Source of the DNA: Leptolyngbyaceae cyanobacterium
GTDB lineage: Bacteria; Cyanobacteriota; Cyanobacteriia; Phormidesmidales; Phormidesmidaceae
Length of the DNA stretch: 26,995 nt
Direction: 5' to 3'
NCBI GenBank assembly: GCA_965263355.1
Contig: CBDHHL010000019.1
Coordinates: 1 to 26,995 of the forward strand
In this document: piece after piece, positions 15,209-25,260 of the stretch
Layout of the letters: the number at the start of each line of letters is the position of its first letter
Numbering within the stretch: position 1 is the first letter of the stretch
The notes under the pieces: model-generated
The model's input: the letters and a program-made list of their open reading frames with translations, nothing else
Told to the model about the DNA's origin: nothing
Databases searched by the model: none
Translations under genes and position numbers: made by a program

Positions 15209-15471
15209 GCGACATCGTAAAGAAAGCCAAGGCAGAGCAACCAGAGCAGCCCCCGGCCACTAAGGGAAAAAAGACCAAGCCCGCTACACCGCAAACAGAC
15301 ATCATGGCTGAAATCCTAACGCCACCACCAGCACCAGAACGGACGATTAGATTCACAGCCGATCTGCCTGAATCCCTGCACAAACGCCTCACCATGGCCG
15401 CTGCCAGAGCTGGGAAAAAGAAAGTTGATATCGTGCGAGAACTCTTGGAAGCAACCTTACCCAATGCCTAG
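15199..15471 (+). CDS. ParG-like RHH centromere-binding protein
   Basis: Disordered K/P-rich N-terminal tail plus a C-terminal RHH, IRFTADLPESLHKRLTMAAARAGKKKVDIVRELLE. AAGGAG lies upstream and the gene is coupled to parA. Confidence 0.85.
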   Translation: MGLGDIVKKAKAEQPEQPPATKGKKTKPATPQTDIMAEILTPPPAPERTIRFTADLPESLHKRLTMAAARAGKKKVDIVRELLEATLPNA

Positions 15472-15665
15472 AGCGCCAACTGGGAAGGGGAAAGGCCAGA
15501 ATACTGCCTCACCATGCCCGCCACCTTTGGGGCATCCTTTTGAGCTGCCTTAATTACTGCATCAAAGCAGTAATCCCTAACTGACAGACCGCAACGGGAC
15601 GATATGCGATCGAGCTGTCTCCATTGCTCAATAGATAAATGAATCTGAATAGGACATGCCTGCAT
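15468..15665 (-). CDS. RHH-like small protein (65 aa)
   Basis: From ATG at 15665: PIQIHLSIEQWRQLDRISSRCGLSVRDYCFDAV. It starts 4 nt after the stop of the tail-fibre-like gene and converges on the ParG-like gene. Confidence 0.65.
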   Translation of the reverse strand: MQACPIQIHLSIEQWRQLDRISSRCGLSVRDYCFDAVIKAAQKDAPKVAGMVRQYSGLSPSQLAL

Positions 15666-15669
15666 CGTT

Positions 15670-16539
15670 TTAATCAGGAAGTGCTGAGCAAGTATTTCCG
15701 TTGTATGCCTGGTCATGGCCACAGTTCGTATTTGAGAACGTGTCAGGACAGTTCGGGCAGCAAGAAACCAGAATCCAGTCTGACAAATCCTCTGACCAAA
15801 TATAATCGCAAGGGCTAAGAGTGCTGCCTGATGAGATTAAGATCGTAACCCTATCGCCTGTAACATACGATCTCGGATTAATGCTTGGAACCCCCTGGAA
15901 AAAATTCTTGCTTCCAGCGGCCCGCCAGATATTGTCTCTTAGGTCGTAATGCCAGAGTCTATCTGTCAGACGGTCGTGATATGGCTGCCCGTCGGCTGGA
16001 GTCACAAAATCTGGGTCGTCTGGATTTGGTGGAGCCCCCGTGCCATAGATGACGGTCAAACCATCGCCTGAAACTTTGGCGTAGCCATCAAGAGCGCCTG
16101 ACCAGATGTACAAATCAGACTGGAATAGCCCGCCAGCAGGATCTTTCGTACCAATGTCAACCCAAAACGGCGTGTCAGTCGTGCCCTTGTCGTCAATGGT
16201 TGGTGGGCCAGCAGCCACAATAAATTGTTTGGCGGCCCGCCGCTGGGGATCGGCTGCTTTGCTTCGGCTGCTGGCCTGTATACGAGCAATTCCAGCGCTA
16301 ATTGAAGCTTGATAAACAGCCCCTTTAGTTGGGCTGAAATTTTGTGGGTCTGTCGTTCGTCGAGGGATCGTAATTGTCCCCCCACTTTGGGTCTGCAAAG
16401 TATATCCGTCTCGGCTAGAACTAATCAGCTTGCCACGAATGACAGATGCTTGAGGCGAATCTGCAGCAATATCTTCCCGTTCAGCTCGTTGCTCAGAACG
16501 GATGCGGTTTGCAATAGCGAGTCGAGAGGATACGTTCAT
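15670..16539 (-). CDS. Tail-fibre-like repeat protein (copy 2)
   Basis: Same protein as 67..936. Confidence 0.6.
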   Translation of the reverse strand: MNVSSRLAIANRIRSEQRAEREDIAADSPQASVIRGKLISSSRDGYTLQTQSGGTITIPRRTTDPQNFSPTKGAVYQASISAGIARIQASSRSKAADPQRRAAKQFIVAAGPPTIDDKGTTDTPFWVDIGTKDPAGGLFQSDLYIWSGALDGYAKVSGDGLTVIYGTGAPPNPDDPDFVTPADGQPYHDRLTDRLWHYDLRDNIWRAAGSKNFFQGVPSINPRSYVTGDRVTILISSGSTLSPCDYIWSEDLSDWILVSCCPNCPDTFSNTNCGHDQAYNGNTCSALPD

Positions 16540-16928
16540 ATTACGTGTGAAATGCAGTAGAGAAAGATTGCGCTCACTAGTTCGGTACAATCGAACTAGT
16601 TCAGTAATGGATGTGTGCCAGTCCAAAGCGTGCGCTCCAATGATCGGAGTAGACAGCAGTAGGCCAGCAGTTTTGCGGGAAACGCCTGAAAACCCTGAAA
16701 ACTCGTTGAGTAGTTGCCTTATACAGCAACTATGCAGGACTAAATCAAAACTGAATGCCTTACTGCAAATGGGTTTCAAGCTTTGTGAAGCTGACTCGTC
16801 AAAAAATGGACTGGACTAGGACTAATTTTGCTGATTGGCACACTGTGACAATCTGGTGGACGGATTATGAAGTTGGTTGATTTTGAGTGTGACAATCTCA
16901 ACCCAATACAACCAACCTCAAAATGAGA

Positions 16929-17357
16929 CTACTTAATCCGAGCTGCTATCAACGCAAAAGGATCTTTTGAGTTTCGTAGTTGTCGTTGCCACTGAGAGTC
17001 AACTTCTGGATCAATTTTTGGCGCTGTCTCAGTGTGCTGGGCATGCCCCTGTCTCATATAAATTTCCAAGATTTTGCTAATGGGGTCTTTAGCATTCTTG
17101 ATTGCATTAAATCTCTCACTAGGGGATAACTCAGGCTCGACTTCTGGCTGGGTTTCAATGGTTGTCGTTGGCGTTGGCCGTTCTCCCGCTGGATAGTTGT
17201 CTATCGAGGGCAAGCCGCCGCCACCACTTAAGGTCTGAGTCGCAATTTGCAAAGCCCTGTTTCTTATCTCATCAGTAGCCAGTGACGGTAGTTCGCTGTT
17301 GTTTAACAGTGCTAGTGCGCCTTGGCGGGCCAATGTTTCGTCTTCTCTGCTAAGCAT
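16929..17357 (-). CDS. Hypothetical 142-aa protein (copy 2)
   Basis: Same as 1325..1753. Confidence 0.75.
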   Translation of the reverse strand: MLSREDETLARQGALALLNNSELPSLATDEIRNRALQIATQTLSGGGGLPSIDNYPAGERPTPTTTIETQPEVEPELSPSERFNAIKNAKDPISKILEIYMRQGHAQHTETAPKIDPEVDSQWQRQLRNSKDPFALIAARIK

Positions 17358-17838
17358 TGTTTAGCTCCCTATATAGATCAGTATTTGCTCGAATCCAGGC
17401 TCCATCTTCAAGCAGACTTTGAAGCGGTCGGACAACCACTTGGCCGCCGCCGTCAATCTTGTTCTGGATATAAGGCAAATCGTTTGGGCTGTAGTTGCTG
17501 TTAAATCGGTTCAAAAAAACTGTGGTGCCATGGGCGGCACGGATTGCGGTTGAGTTCTCGCTAAGGCGCTTGCCTAAGCGCTCTAATTTGATAAGCTTGC
17601 TCCGAAATTCAAGGCTAAGAGCGTTGATTTCATCGACTAATGCAGCAATAGACTCAACGCAATCAGTCTCTTCTCGTCGCAGTCCCGAAATCCGTTCCTC
17701 AATTCGCGATCTCTTTAGCTCTTGATTAGCCTCTTCTAATTCAGCAGTTAGCCGCTGGGCTTCGTTTGCTGCATCCTGAGCAGACTTAAGAGCCGCTTCT
17801 TTTTCGGCAACTTTCTGTTCTAGTGTTTGTGTATTCAT
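17350..17838 (-). CDS. Coiled-coil protein (copy 2)
   Basis: Same as 1746..2234. Confidence 0.8.
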   Translation of the reverse strand: MNTQTLEQKVAEKEAALKSAQDAANEAQRLTAELEEANQELKRSRIEERISGLRREETDCVESIAALVDEINALSLEFRSKLIKLERLGKRLSENSTAIRAAHGTTVFLNRFNSNYSPNDLPYIQNKIDGGGQVVVRPLQSLLEDGAWIRANTDLYRELNNA

Positions 17839-17888
17839 GGCTTAAAAGGTAACCCTCATAGTTGGTCCTGAGTCAGTAAAGTGTTCAA

Positions 17889-18131
17889 TCAAAACGCCTG
17901 TTCTCCCATTAGCTCAACCAAAAAATCCGTTAATCGAATCACGTCTTCTATAGACTGGCAGCTAATACTCCTCATTTCCTCGCTATATGCGCCGTGCTTC
18001 ATTGAATTCTGGCTCGCTTTCCTCTTGCCTTCCCCCGTCCTCGGCCCAGTGCTCGACTGCCACGGCTTCCATTGTCGGATTTTCTCCGCTTGCAATCGCC
18101 GCTGCTCCGTTGTCCATTTTCTCGCCGCCAT
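17889..18131 (-). CDS. STGPRT-motif small protein (copy 2)
   Basis: Same as 2285..2527. Confidence 0.75.
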   Translation of the reverse strand: MAARKWTTEQRRLQAEKIRQWKPWQSSTGPRTGEGKRKASQNSMKHGAYSEEMRSISCQSIEDVIRLTDFLVELMGEQAF

Positions 18132-18633
18132 TTGCCTGAGCATCCTGTATAAGCTGATTAAGCTGCTGTTTGATGAACGTCACCCTCTTCGGATTTTTCA
18201 GCTCTCCAAGGGTATGAACTGTTTTTCTGCAAGCTTCCTGACAACGTAGGGAAACACCCATCAGTCGAGCCTGAGCCTCTGATTTGGTAGTTCTTCCGGC
18301 CATAAGAAGGAAGCTGCCGAAGCGATCGTTCATCATGAGCGCTTGTTCAACAAGCATGGCCTCTAAGTCGCTTAAGTCTCCAGCATGAACCTTGCAGGCC
18401 ATCTCAGACATAGTCCCCTCAATGTCTGAGGCATTGCGATAAGTCATCATGCTCATTGAAAAAGCATTGGGAAACTGTGTCGGTGAAGACTCAGCCGGGT
18501 TGGTGGGACTAGCCTGCAATGCTTTTTCTCGCTCTCGACGATCCTTTTCTGCCTGGGCCGCTTTCTGTAGCTTGGCTTGACCTAGTTCTTTTTCCTTTCT
18601 GACGCTTTCTATCAGGTCATCGAATTGGCTCAT
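17983..18633 (-). CDS. Conserved hypothetical MGE protein (copy 2)
   Basis: Same as 2379..3029. Confidence 0.8.
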   Translation of the reverse strand: MSQFDDLIESVRKEKELGQAKLQKAAQAEKDRREREKALQASPTNPAESSPTQFPNAFSMSMMTYRNASDIEGTMSEMACKVHAGDLSDLEAMLVEQALMMNDRFGSFLLMAGRTTKSEAQARLMGVSLRCQEACRKTVHTLGELKNPKRVTFIKQQLNQLIQDAQANGGEKMDNGAAAIASGENPTMEAVAVEHWAEDGGRQEESEPEFNEARRI

Positions 18634-18735
18634 GGCTAATAGTTCGTTTCCACCAGGTGCAACAAAAAAAAAAGTTTTGAAATTTTCTCTAGTTTAATTT
18701 AATTCTTCCTATGGCGGCGCTGAAGACTTGGGATT

Positions 18736-20148
18736 TCAAGCCGTGGCCGCCGGGGGCTTCATCGCTTCCTGGTACCGGTACCAAGCCCAACCTCTCTTGT
18801 AGCCAAGATATTCAGCGCATTTTTGCCAGATCTCCAGTGGAGGCTTACCCCGTTTTTCCAGGGCAAATCTAAGCCAGCTTGGCTTGTATCCGTTTGCTGA
18901 TTGTTGTCGCTTCAGCTCATTCCATAGCGTTTTCCAGGCTTCAAGATTCTCATCGGTGGGTCTGATGACTTCCACCAGTTCGATCTCAGTCTCGACAATG
19001 GCTGGCGGCTCATGGGCTTCTTTCACTTCTCCCGTTTCAGTGCGTTTCAACTGTCGGGAAGGCTTAGCCGGTGGAGCTGCCAAAGACCAGTCTCGATCCT
19101 CATCAGGCAGGCCATGATTCCACCAGTTGCCGGTGTGGTCGATGATGGTAGCGTGAGGCTTGCCATCAGCTGGTCGTAGGGCACGGCCCAACATTTGCAG
19201 GTGAAGGGCAAGGCTCTGGGTAGGCCTAGCGATTTGCACCGCTTCAATGCTGGGTAAGTCAAACCCCTCACCGAACAGACCAACATTACTAAGTACCTGA
19301 ATATCACCAGCTCTAAAAGCATCCAGGGTGTTGGTGCGCTCTGTGTCTGAGCTGCTCCCGTCGAGGTGTGCCGCTGGGATGCCCTCAAACTGGTAACGCT
19401 GGACAATAGCCTTAGAATGCTCAACATTGAGGGCAAAGACGATGTTTTTCTTCCCATCGGCATATTGTCGGTAAGACTGCACCAGATTTCCTGATAGCTC
19501 AATTGCATCATTAGCCCTGGCTAGATCAGATACTGAATAATCACCGCCCTGTTTTCCAACGCCCTTGGTAGTCATCGGATTGGCATCAGCAAACAGCCTG
19601 TAGTTGCACAGATGCCCAGCTGCCATGAGCTGTTTTACCGATGGACCACAAACAAGGTTGTTAAACAAGTGTTCAAATCCCTTCCCGTCCGTTCTCACTG
19701 GTGTTGCAGTGAGACCCAGAACAAAAGCCTTTGGAAATGCTTCAAGAATCTTGAGGTATGTCTGAGCCGTACTGTGGTGCGCCTCATCGACAACGATCAG
19801 GTCAATCCGTGGGAGTTTGTCCAGGCGGTTAATCACGGATTGAACGCTGGCCACCTGGATAGGGGCTGAATAATCGGGCTCAATGCCTGCCTTGACCATC
19901 CCCAATGGTTGGCCAGTCATTAGGGCGAGCTTTCCAGCTGCCTGGTCGAGTAACTCTCGTCGATGAGCAAGGACCAGCACTTTAGCTCTCTTCTTGACGA
20001 ACTCAGCGATGACGTAGCTAAAGCAAATGGTTTTGCCGCCACCGGTGGGTAACTGGGCCATGATTCGCCGGTCAGTGGGCAGTGCTGCGAATATGCGAGA
20101 GCAGAGCGATTGTTGATAATCGCGTAGTTTGATCTTCATTTTTGCCAC
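18736..20148 (-). CDS. SF2 DEAH-box helicase (copy 2)
   Basis: Same as 3132..4544. Confidence 0.95.
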   Translation of the reverse strand: MAKMKIKLRDYQQSLCSRIFAALPTDRRIMAQLPTGGGKTICFSYVIAEFVKKRAKVLVLAHRRELLDQAAGKLALMTGQPLGMVKAGIEPDYSAPIQVASVQSVINRLDKLPRIDLIVVDEAHHSTAQTYLKILEAFPKAFVLGLTATPVRTDGKGFEHLFNNLVCGPSVKQLMAAGHLCNYRLFADANPMTTKGVGKQGGDYSVSDLARANDAIELSGNLVQSYRQYADGKKNIVFALNVEHSKAIVQRYQFEGIPAAHLDGSSSDTERTNTLDAFRAGDIQVLSNVGLFGEGFDLPSIEAVQIARPTQSLALHLQMLGRALRPADGKPHATIIDHTGNWWNHGLPDEDRDWSLAAPPAKPSRQLKRTETGEVKEAHEPPAIVETEIELVEVIRPTDENLEAWKTLWNELKRQQSANGYKPSWLRFALEKRGKPPLEIWQKCAEYLGYKRGWAWYRYQEAMKPPAATA

Positions 20149-20151
20149 CCC

Positions 20152-23100
20152 CTAAGCCGCTGTTTGGACAACGAATCTCAAAAGCGTGGGGATCAGCTCT
20201 GGTTTTCTCAGACTGATCTGTTCCCAGGCCGCCAACCGCTGTTCTGGTTTGGTTAGCTCTAGCAACTTGGCGTATTCTTCCGGGCTGCTAACCGTCTCGA
20301 ATGCTTTGTTTATCTGTTTGTTTAGTAGGGTGTCCAGAACTTCAGTAGATAGATTTCTAAGTAACTGAAGTTCTGGACAACCTTGGTTCGTAAGGTTTTG
20401 TGCAAATACTTGCCAGGGCTTCAGAAATGACTCATAGCCGCGTTTGATGTGATCGGATATCTGCTCAATGAGTTCATCCCGAGTGTTGACTCGTAGCTGT
20501 TCTCGATAGTCGCTAGGGCTTGGTGGTTCGCTTTTTTCTGACTCCAGCATTTTCTGAATACGCTGGTTGATGTCTTCAGTAGTCTGCAAGCGATATTGCC
20601 AGTAGCGGTATTGCCCAGGCGTCCGTCCTGCAGTAATAGCTTCTAAGCCGATTAGTGACAGGGCTTTATGTAGGCACTTGATAGCTGGGGTATTTGCCGT
20701 GAACTTCAGTCCATAGATTCGCTGGCTGTGCTTGCTAAGTTGTGATAACTCCATCGCCTTGGCCCGAAAATAGCCAGCAGCCTCACTAATCCCAGGGGTG
20801 GCCTTAGTCCATTGGGCAATTTTCCCTCTAAGGATGTCGGTTATGGCGCGACATTTACTTAATATCTGCGCTAAGGCAATTTCCTTAGATGTTGCTGGCG
20901 TCTTTGGTAGGTTTTTTGCCTCAGTCGAGATCGCAACCGTTTTTAGAGCATCCATGTACTGAATGTTCTTCCACAGCTCAGGCTGTTCGTAAGACATTTG
21001 GACTAGCGCTCGAATACGCACAGCATTAATGCCGCCACTGGTACCGGGTGCTATCTCCCAGGCCGCCAACCATTCTGCATCATTCAGCTGTGGGAAGCTT
21101 TCGCCAACTTTCTCGCATAGGCGATACTTTCGATCCTTGACAGCTGCTATAGGACCGTCGTCGCCGTTGCCCTTGAGTGGTTTGGCCTTGGCCAGTGCCC
21201 TCGCCTGTGTGCCGATGATGCCTTCTCTAATCTCAGCAAACCACCCGCGATATTCTTTGATATCGTCAGCTTCACAGTCGTAACCTTCCCCAACAGTCCA
21301 GCCGTTGCCGGTCCATTCTGCCTCTAAGGTTTCTCGCTTGAAATAGAGTTCCCTGGCCTGGATTGCCCAATATTCAGGCAGCTCTCTAAGCTGGTCTAAC
21401 TCTGCAAGTGTGGCGGTTTCAAACCGCTGAATCGCATCAGCAACACCAAGAGCTTTACCTACGGTCTTTGCCCCCCCAGACAGCTTAGTTTCACCCGTTA
21501 GGATGGAACGCCAGAACTCAGGAAAGAACAAGTCAACATCAGGTTCCGCTGGCAGACCTCGATTAGATATGTACACATGGCGCTCGGTGATAGTACTATC
21601 TAGCAGCGTCCGTAGTCGTTCCCCACGCTGGCTAGCGGCTGTCGCCGTTTCAAACGCGCTGATGTACTCAAACTGACAATCCCAGTAGTCAGACTCGATT
21701 GAAACCCCCGAATTGAAAACGGGTGTGTAAATTAGCCAGCTTAAGCCCTGCTGCTGTGGCCATCCGTTTGGATTTTCTGCAAACGCTTTTTTGATTTTGC
21801 CAGGTGTGTATTGACCGTCTAAGCATTGGCCCGTATGGCTGCCAGCAAACATCGCACGCAACACCCGGTCAATCATGCGGGCTTTCTTCTGGCTGCCACA
21901 TGGGATGAGTACTTTCTTCCCGGCTTTAATCTTTTCCACAATTCCCGCAAACCAGCTGTAAAACGCATCATTTGCCTGTGGCCTGTCGTCTTTGGTGCCA
22001 TCCCATCGGGTACCGTCTGAGTCTTCATCATGCCAGTCTAGGGACAGTCGTATTGCCATTTCAGACGCTAGCCGCTTGCGTTGGATCGTCACCACCTCAT
22101 CAGGGCTAAACCCACCCAGCCGTTGAACCGCTGCGATTGTTGCCCGATAGGTGGCATCGGTGGCCACCACTACATGCTTAGCCGCTGGCAATAGTTGTTC
22201 TAAAGCCGCCCTACATCCTTTAGGATTAGTGCCCAAGCTACCGTCCTGGGTGCGTTGGATATCTTCGTTAGCTTCATCAAAGACGATGCACTCAAAATCT
22301 TTATGAGCAACCTTGTGCAAAGACTCAGGGCAAATAGTGAGCCATTGGCTGTCAATACCATCCAAATAGCACCCGATGTTTAGCACCTTTGAAGCAGCTC
22401 TAGCCAGCACCCTGGTAGGGCAAACCACCAAGCCGGTCTGGTGGGCCTTGGTTAATTTAGATATAGCACCAGATGTTTTGCCGGTTCGCTTCTGACCATC
22501 TAAGACCGTCAGTTGTCGGGCATTGGCGATCTTGATTTCGGAGAACCAGCCGGTCTGGTGGTTGTTGCTCAGTAGCTGACGCTTAGTGAGAGAATTATTA
22601 ATCGCTACCCTGGCAGCTTCGATAGTCTCAGCTGGCTTGATGCCTAGCCGCTTGCAAAACTTAGCGAAGTATTCAAGCCGCTTTTGTCGCTTGGCTTCCT
22701 TTATCCCGGCTACTTTGGCTTCCTTGTCATCAAGATCTTTCACCAGTTTCAGGACACCGGCGAAAGCACCCCAGCCAGGCCGGTATTTGCATCCACCATG
22801 AGCAAAGCTGTTAATGGTCCAGCTACCGGGCTCAGTACAGAAAATTTTCGCTACATCCCCACGGCCACCGCGATATGTGGGCTCTTGTGGGTCACATAGC
22901 GTCACCCCGTGATGCTCAGGACCAATATCGCCAGCTGTGATGCTCTGGCCATTGCTTAGATAGAGTACATGACCTTTATCGAGCGTGCCCCTATCCGCTG
23001 CTGTGATGAGCTTAGCCGCTTTCTTCTTAGCCTGTGCTGGCTTAATACCAGGGGTCTCTTTTTGGATGTGCTCAGCTAATCGGGATTTGCGATCGCAATC

Positions 23101-24171
23101 CAATTTATCCCAGCTTCCCTTCACCAGGGTTTCAAATCGGGATTGTTCCTCTGGTGTCACCTCAGGTAGGGAACCAATATCCAGAATCGCCCCATCATGT
23201 ACCACGGGGGCCGGTCGTCTTTGCTCCCATTCATCGGGCAAGATAGCACCGGCTTCATAGACCAAACGCTCAGGGGAAAAGACTGTGAGGTCTAGCAGCG
23301 TGCGCTTCAATATCGACTGCACACCGGTCTGAGCGTTTGGTGTTGCTAATTTATGGAATCCCTTACCATTCAGCCATGTACGCACCTCCAATAGGTGCTT
23401 AAGCTTCTCAATATCACCACGGACAACTAAATATGTATGGTGACCACTGGCCCCTTTTAAGCAGTTGTCAGTGGCCTTATCGTAAATGCTGCTACTGGTG
23501 GAGTCAGTCACCAATCGGCCAATGCTGGCCAGCTCTGGCACACAATCAACCAATGCTGCCCAAAACTCATCAGCATTTAGTTCTGGTTGCCCTGGCTCCG
23601 GGTCGTGATCGAGTAATGCAGCGTGGGTATCTGGCCAGCTGTAATGGTCAAGGGTACGGCTGATGGTAGTTAGTCCAGCCTTATTTAATTTCTCGCTACG
23701 GTCGCGAGTGAGTACGGTCACCGGTAGCTCACGGCCATGGGTGCCTAATGTGATGGCCTCATTACTTTGGAGCCCTTTTAACAGCTCAGCCAAACCGTAA
23801 AGACCATTTACAGTTTCTTTCCTCGCACGGCCCTGGGTAATGCCTAAATCGTGGCTCTGGTCCTTTACTGGCTTGCCATCTACGTTAAGAATCCGCTTCT
23901 GAACGCTGCCCTTGATGGCACGGATTACGCCGATCTCTAACTCAGAGTGATTCTGAGTTACGTCATCCGATACACAATTTGTTTGGTATGATGGGGCTAA
24001 GTTCGAATTATTCGAACTAAACTCCTGAAAGCCTTGTCCATCAACTATTGGTGCTTGGAGATTGTCACAGTTTTTTGATGAAGATCGGTTTACAGTCTGT
24101 GCAAGTCTCTGAGAATTCTGTACATTACGAAACATAGGTCTACCACGATCTATTCCCGCCCGTCGCATCAC
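20152..24171 (-). CDS. Primase-helicase Rep (copy 2)
   Basis: Same as 4548..8567. Confidence 0.8.
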   Translation of the reverse strand: MMRRAGIDRGRPMFRNVQNSQRLAQTVNRSSSKNCDNLQAPIVDGQGFQEFSSNNSNLAPSYQTNCVSDDVTQNHSELEIGVIRAIKGSVQKRILNVDGKPVKDQSHDLGITQGRARKETVNGLYGLAELLKGLQSNEAITLGTHGRELPVTVLTRDRSEKLNKAGLTTISRTLDHYSWPDTHAALLDHDPEPGQPELNADEFWAALVDCVPELASIGRLVTDSTSSSIYDKATDNCLKGASGHHTYLVVRGDIEKLKHLLEVRTWLNGKGFHKLATPNAQTGVQSILKRTLLDLTVFSPERLVYEAGAILPDEWEQRRPAPVVHDGAILDIGSLPEVTPEEQSRFETLVKGSWDKLDCDRKSRLAEHIQKETPGIKPAQAKKKAAKLITAADRGTLDKGHVLYLSNGQSITAGDIGPEHHGVTLCDPQEPTYRGGRGDVAKIFCTEPGSWTINSFAHGGCKYRPGWGAFAGVLKLVKDLDDKEAKVAGIKEAKRQKRLEYFAKFCKRLGIKPAETIEAARVAINNSLTKRQLLSNNHQTGWFSEIKIANARQLTVLDGQKRTGKTSGAISKLTKAHQTGLVVCPTRVLARAASKVLNIGCYLDGIDSQWLTICPESLHKVAHKDFECIVFDEANEDIQRTQDGSLGTNPKGCRAALEQLLPAAKHVVVATDATYRATIAAVQRLGGFSPDEVVTIQRKRLASEMAIRLSLDWHDEDSDGTRWDGTKDDRPQANDAFYSWFAGIVEKIKAGKKVLIPCGSQKKARMIDRVLRAMFAGSHTGQCLDGQYTPGKIKKAFAENPNGWPQQQGLSWLIYTPVFNSGVSIESDYWDCQFEYISAFETATAASQRGERLRTLLDSTITERHVYISNRGLPAEPDVDLFFPEFWRSILTGETKLSGGAKTVGKALGVADAIQRFETATLAELDQLRELPEYWAIQARELYFKRETLEAEWTGNGWTVGEGYDCEADDIKEYRGWFAEIREGIIGTQARALAKAKPLKGNGDDGPIAAVKDRKYRLCEKVGESFPQLNDAEWLAAWEIAPGTSGGINAVRIRALVQMSYEQPELWKNIQYMDALKTVAISTEAKNLPKTPATSKEIALAQILSKCRAITDILRGKIAQWTKATPGISEAAGYFRAKAMELSQLSKHSQRIYGLKFTANTPAIKCLHKALSLIGLEAITAGRTPGQYRYWQYRLQTTEDINQRIQKMLESEKSEPPSPSDYREQLRVNTRDELIEQISDHIKRGYESFLKPWQVFAQNLTNQGCPELQLLRNLSTEVLDTLLNKQINKAFETVSSPEEYAKLLELTKPEQRLAAWEQISLRKPELIPTLLRFVVQTAA

Positions 24172-24253
24172 TCGGACTGTAATTAACTGTCAGGTCGCCA
24201 AACTAGCCAGTTAATTAAGTGAGATGTTGACTAAGCGGGGTTTACTGAAAAAA

Positions 24254-24484
24254 CTAAGCCGCTAGGGATGCTTTATCCCTAGCGGCTTTTAATTTGCGCT
24301 GATTGCGAGCTGCTATCAATTGCGCTAGATCGAGCCCCAATCCTTTGCAGATCAGCGCCTTTACGTTTTTATTGATTGTTCCGGGCCGCTCATCGAGCAG
24401 ATCCCAGGCTTTACGTGGGATTCGAATAGTGACGACTACGGAGTCGTCGCATTCGCGATATCGGGCAGGCATTCTCTTTGCCAT
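24254..24484 (-). CDS. CopG-like RHH protein (copy 2)
   Basis: Same as 8650..8880. The 14-bp hairpin is repeated at 24256-24288. Confidence 0.7.
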   Translation of the reverse strand: MAKRMPARYRECDDSVVVTIRIPRKAWDLLDERPGTINKNVKALICKGLGLDLAQLIAARNQRKLKAARDKASLAA

Positions 24485-25008
24485 GGTGGATCAATAAGGA
24501 AAAGGTTTGTTTTAGGGCTCATGGAAACAAAGGCCTGTGATGGATATCTTCAAAATTATAGCGCACGAAAAACAGCGGGTGGACCCTGTTTATAAAGTTT
24601 TTGAAGATCACGAAAAAATATAGGCGAGAAACCCGGCTTGTCCTGCCATTCCTTATGCATGGAGCAGCGGAAAGATTCTGAAAACATGTCATTTCTCGCA
24701 CTTTTCACCCTGTTTTGGAAAATGTTTTTGCGTTAGAAGCCAAGCCGTTTTTTCGTAACATAAGTAATGTTTCGAATATTGAAACTGAGACGTTTCAAAA
24801 CGGTTTTGAAACTGAGACATTAGCCACATTGATACTGTGACCAGTTGCGTAGGCCGCTGGTCTGTGGCAATATGCCGGTAAGCATTTTTCAGATCGCCTT
24901 CTATAAACCGTGACGGACCCCCATCCGTTGCGGTTTTGGCGTTTTTAGGGCTCAGAACATACTTCCTCCAAATGATTGGCCAAAGCTTACACCCAGGGCA
25001 ACGCCAGA

Positions 25009-25260
25009 TCAAGCGGCATTGACGCGTTCCCAGATCTCGTTGATACGACTTACCAGCTGAGCAACCATTGATTGCATTGCCTCAGTAAAGGCCAATCGAA
25101 AGCGCTGGGATTCCGCTCTATCAGCCTTGCCTTCATCAATAAAGGCTTGCAGCATGGCGTTTGTTTCCCTTCGCTCATTTTCGTTGTGCTCTATGTAGGC
25201 GCTCACTGCTGTAGTAAGCGCCTCGAGCTGGGATTCTATACGATCTAGTCGGTCACTCAT
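25009..25260 (-). CDS. Small coiled-coil protein (copy 2)
   Basis: Same as 9405..9656. Confidence 0.8.
   Translation of the reverse strand: MSDRLDRIESQLEALTTAVSAYIEHNENERRETNAMLQAFIDEGKADRAESQRFRLAFTEAMQSMVAQLVSRINEIWERVNAA

Larger units (their letters stand above)
1..15603. mobile_element. One complete unit of a probable circular plasmid (~15.6 kb), likely cyanobacterial
   Basis: Sequence at 1 (atgcgatcgagctgtc) recurs at 15604 and the whole ORF set repeats. The unit carries Rep, ParA+RHH and ParM+RHH, and no chromosomal housekeeping genes. HIP1 GCGATCGC is seen at 7485 and 12645. Confidence 0.9.

Noticed and set aside
15180..15464. 94-aa minus-strand ORF
   Set aside because: It is the antisense shadow of the ParG-like gene.
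1..15603. Complete prophage, integrative element or classical conjugative plasmid
   Set aside because: I recognised no integrase, att-flanked junction, capsid, portal, large terminase, HUH relaxase or VirB4 set in the full unit. A highly divergent version could escape inspection by eye.
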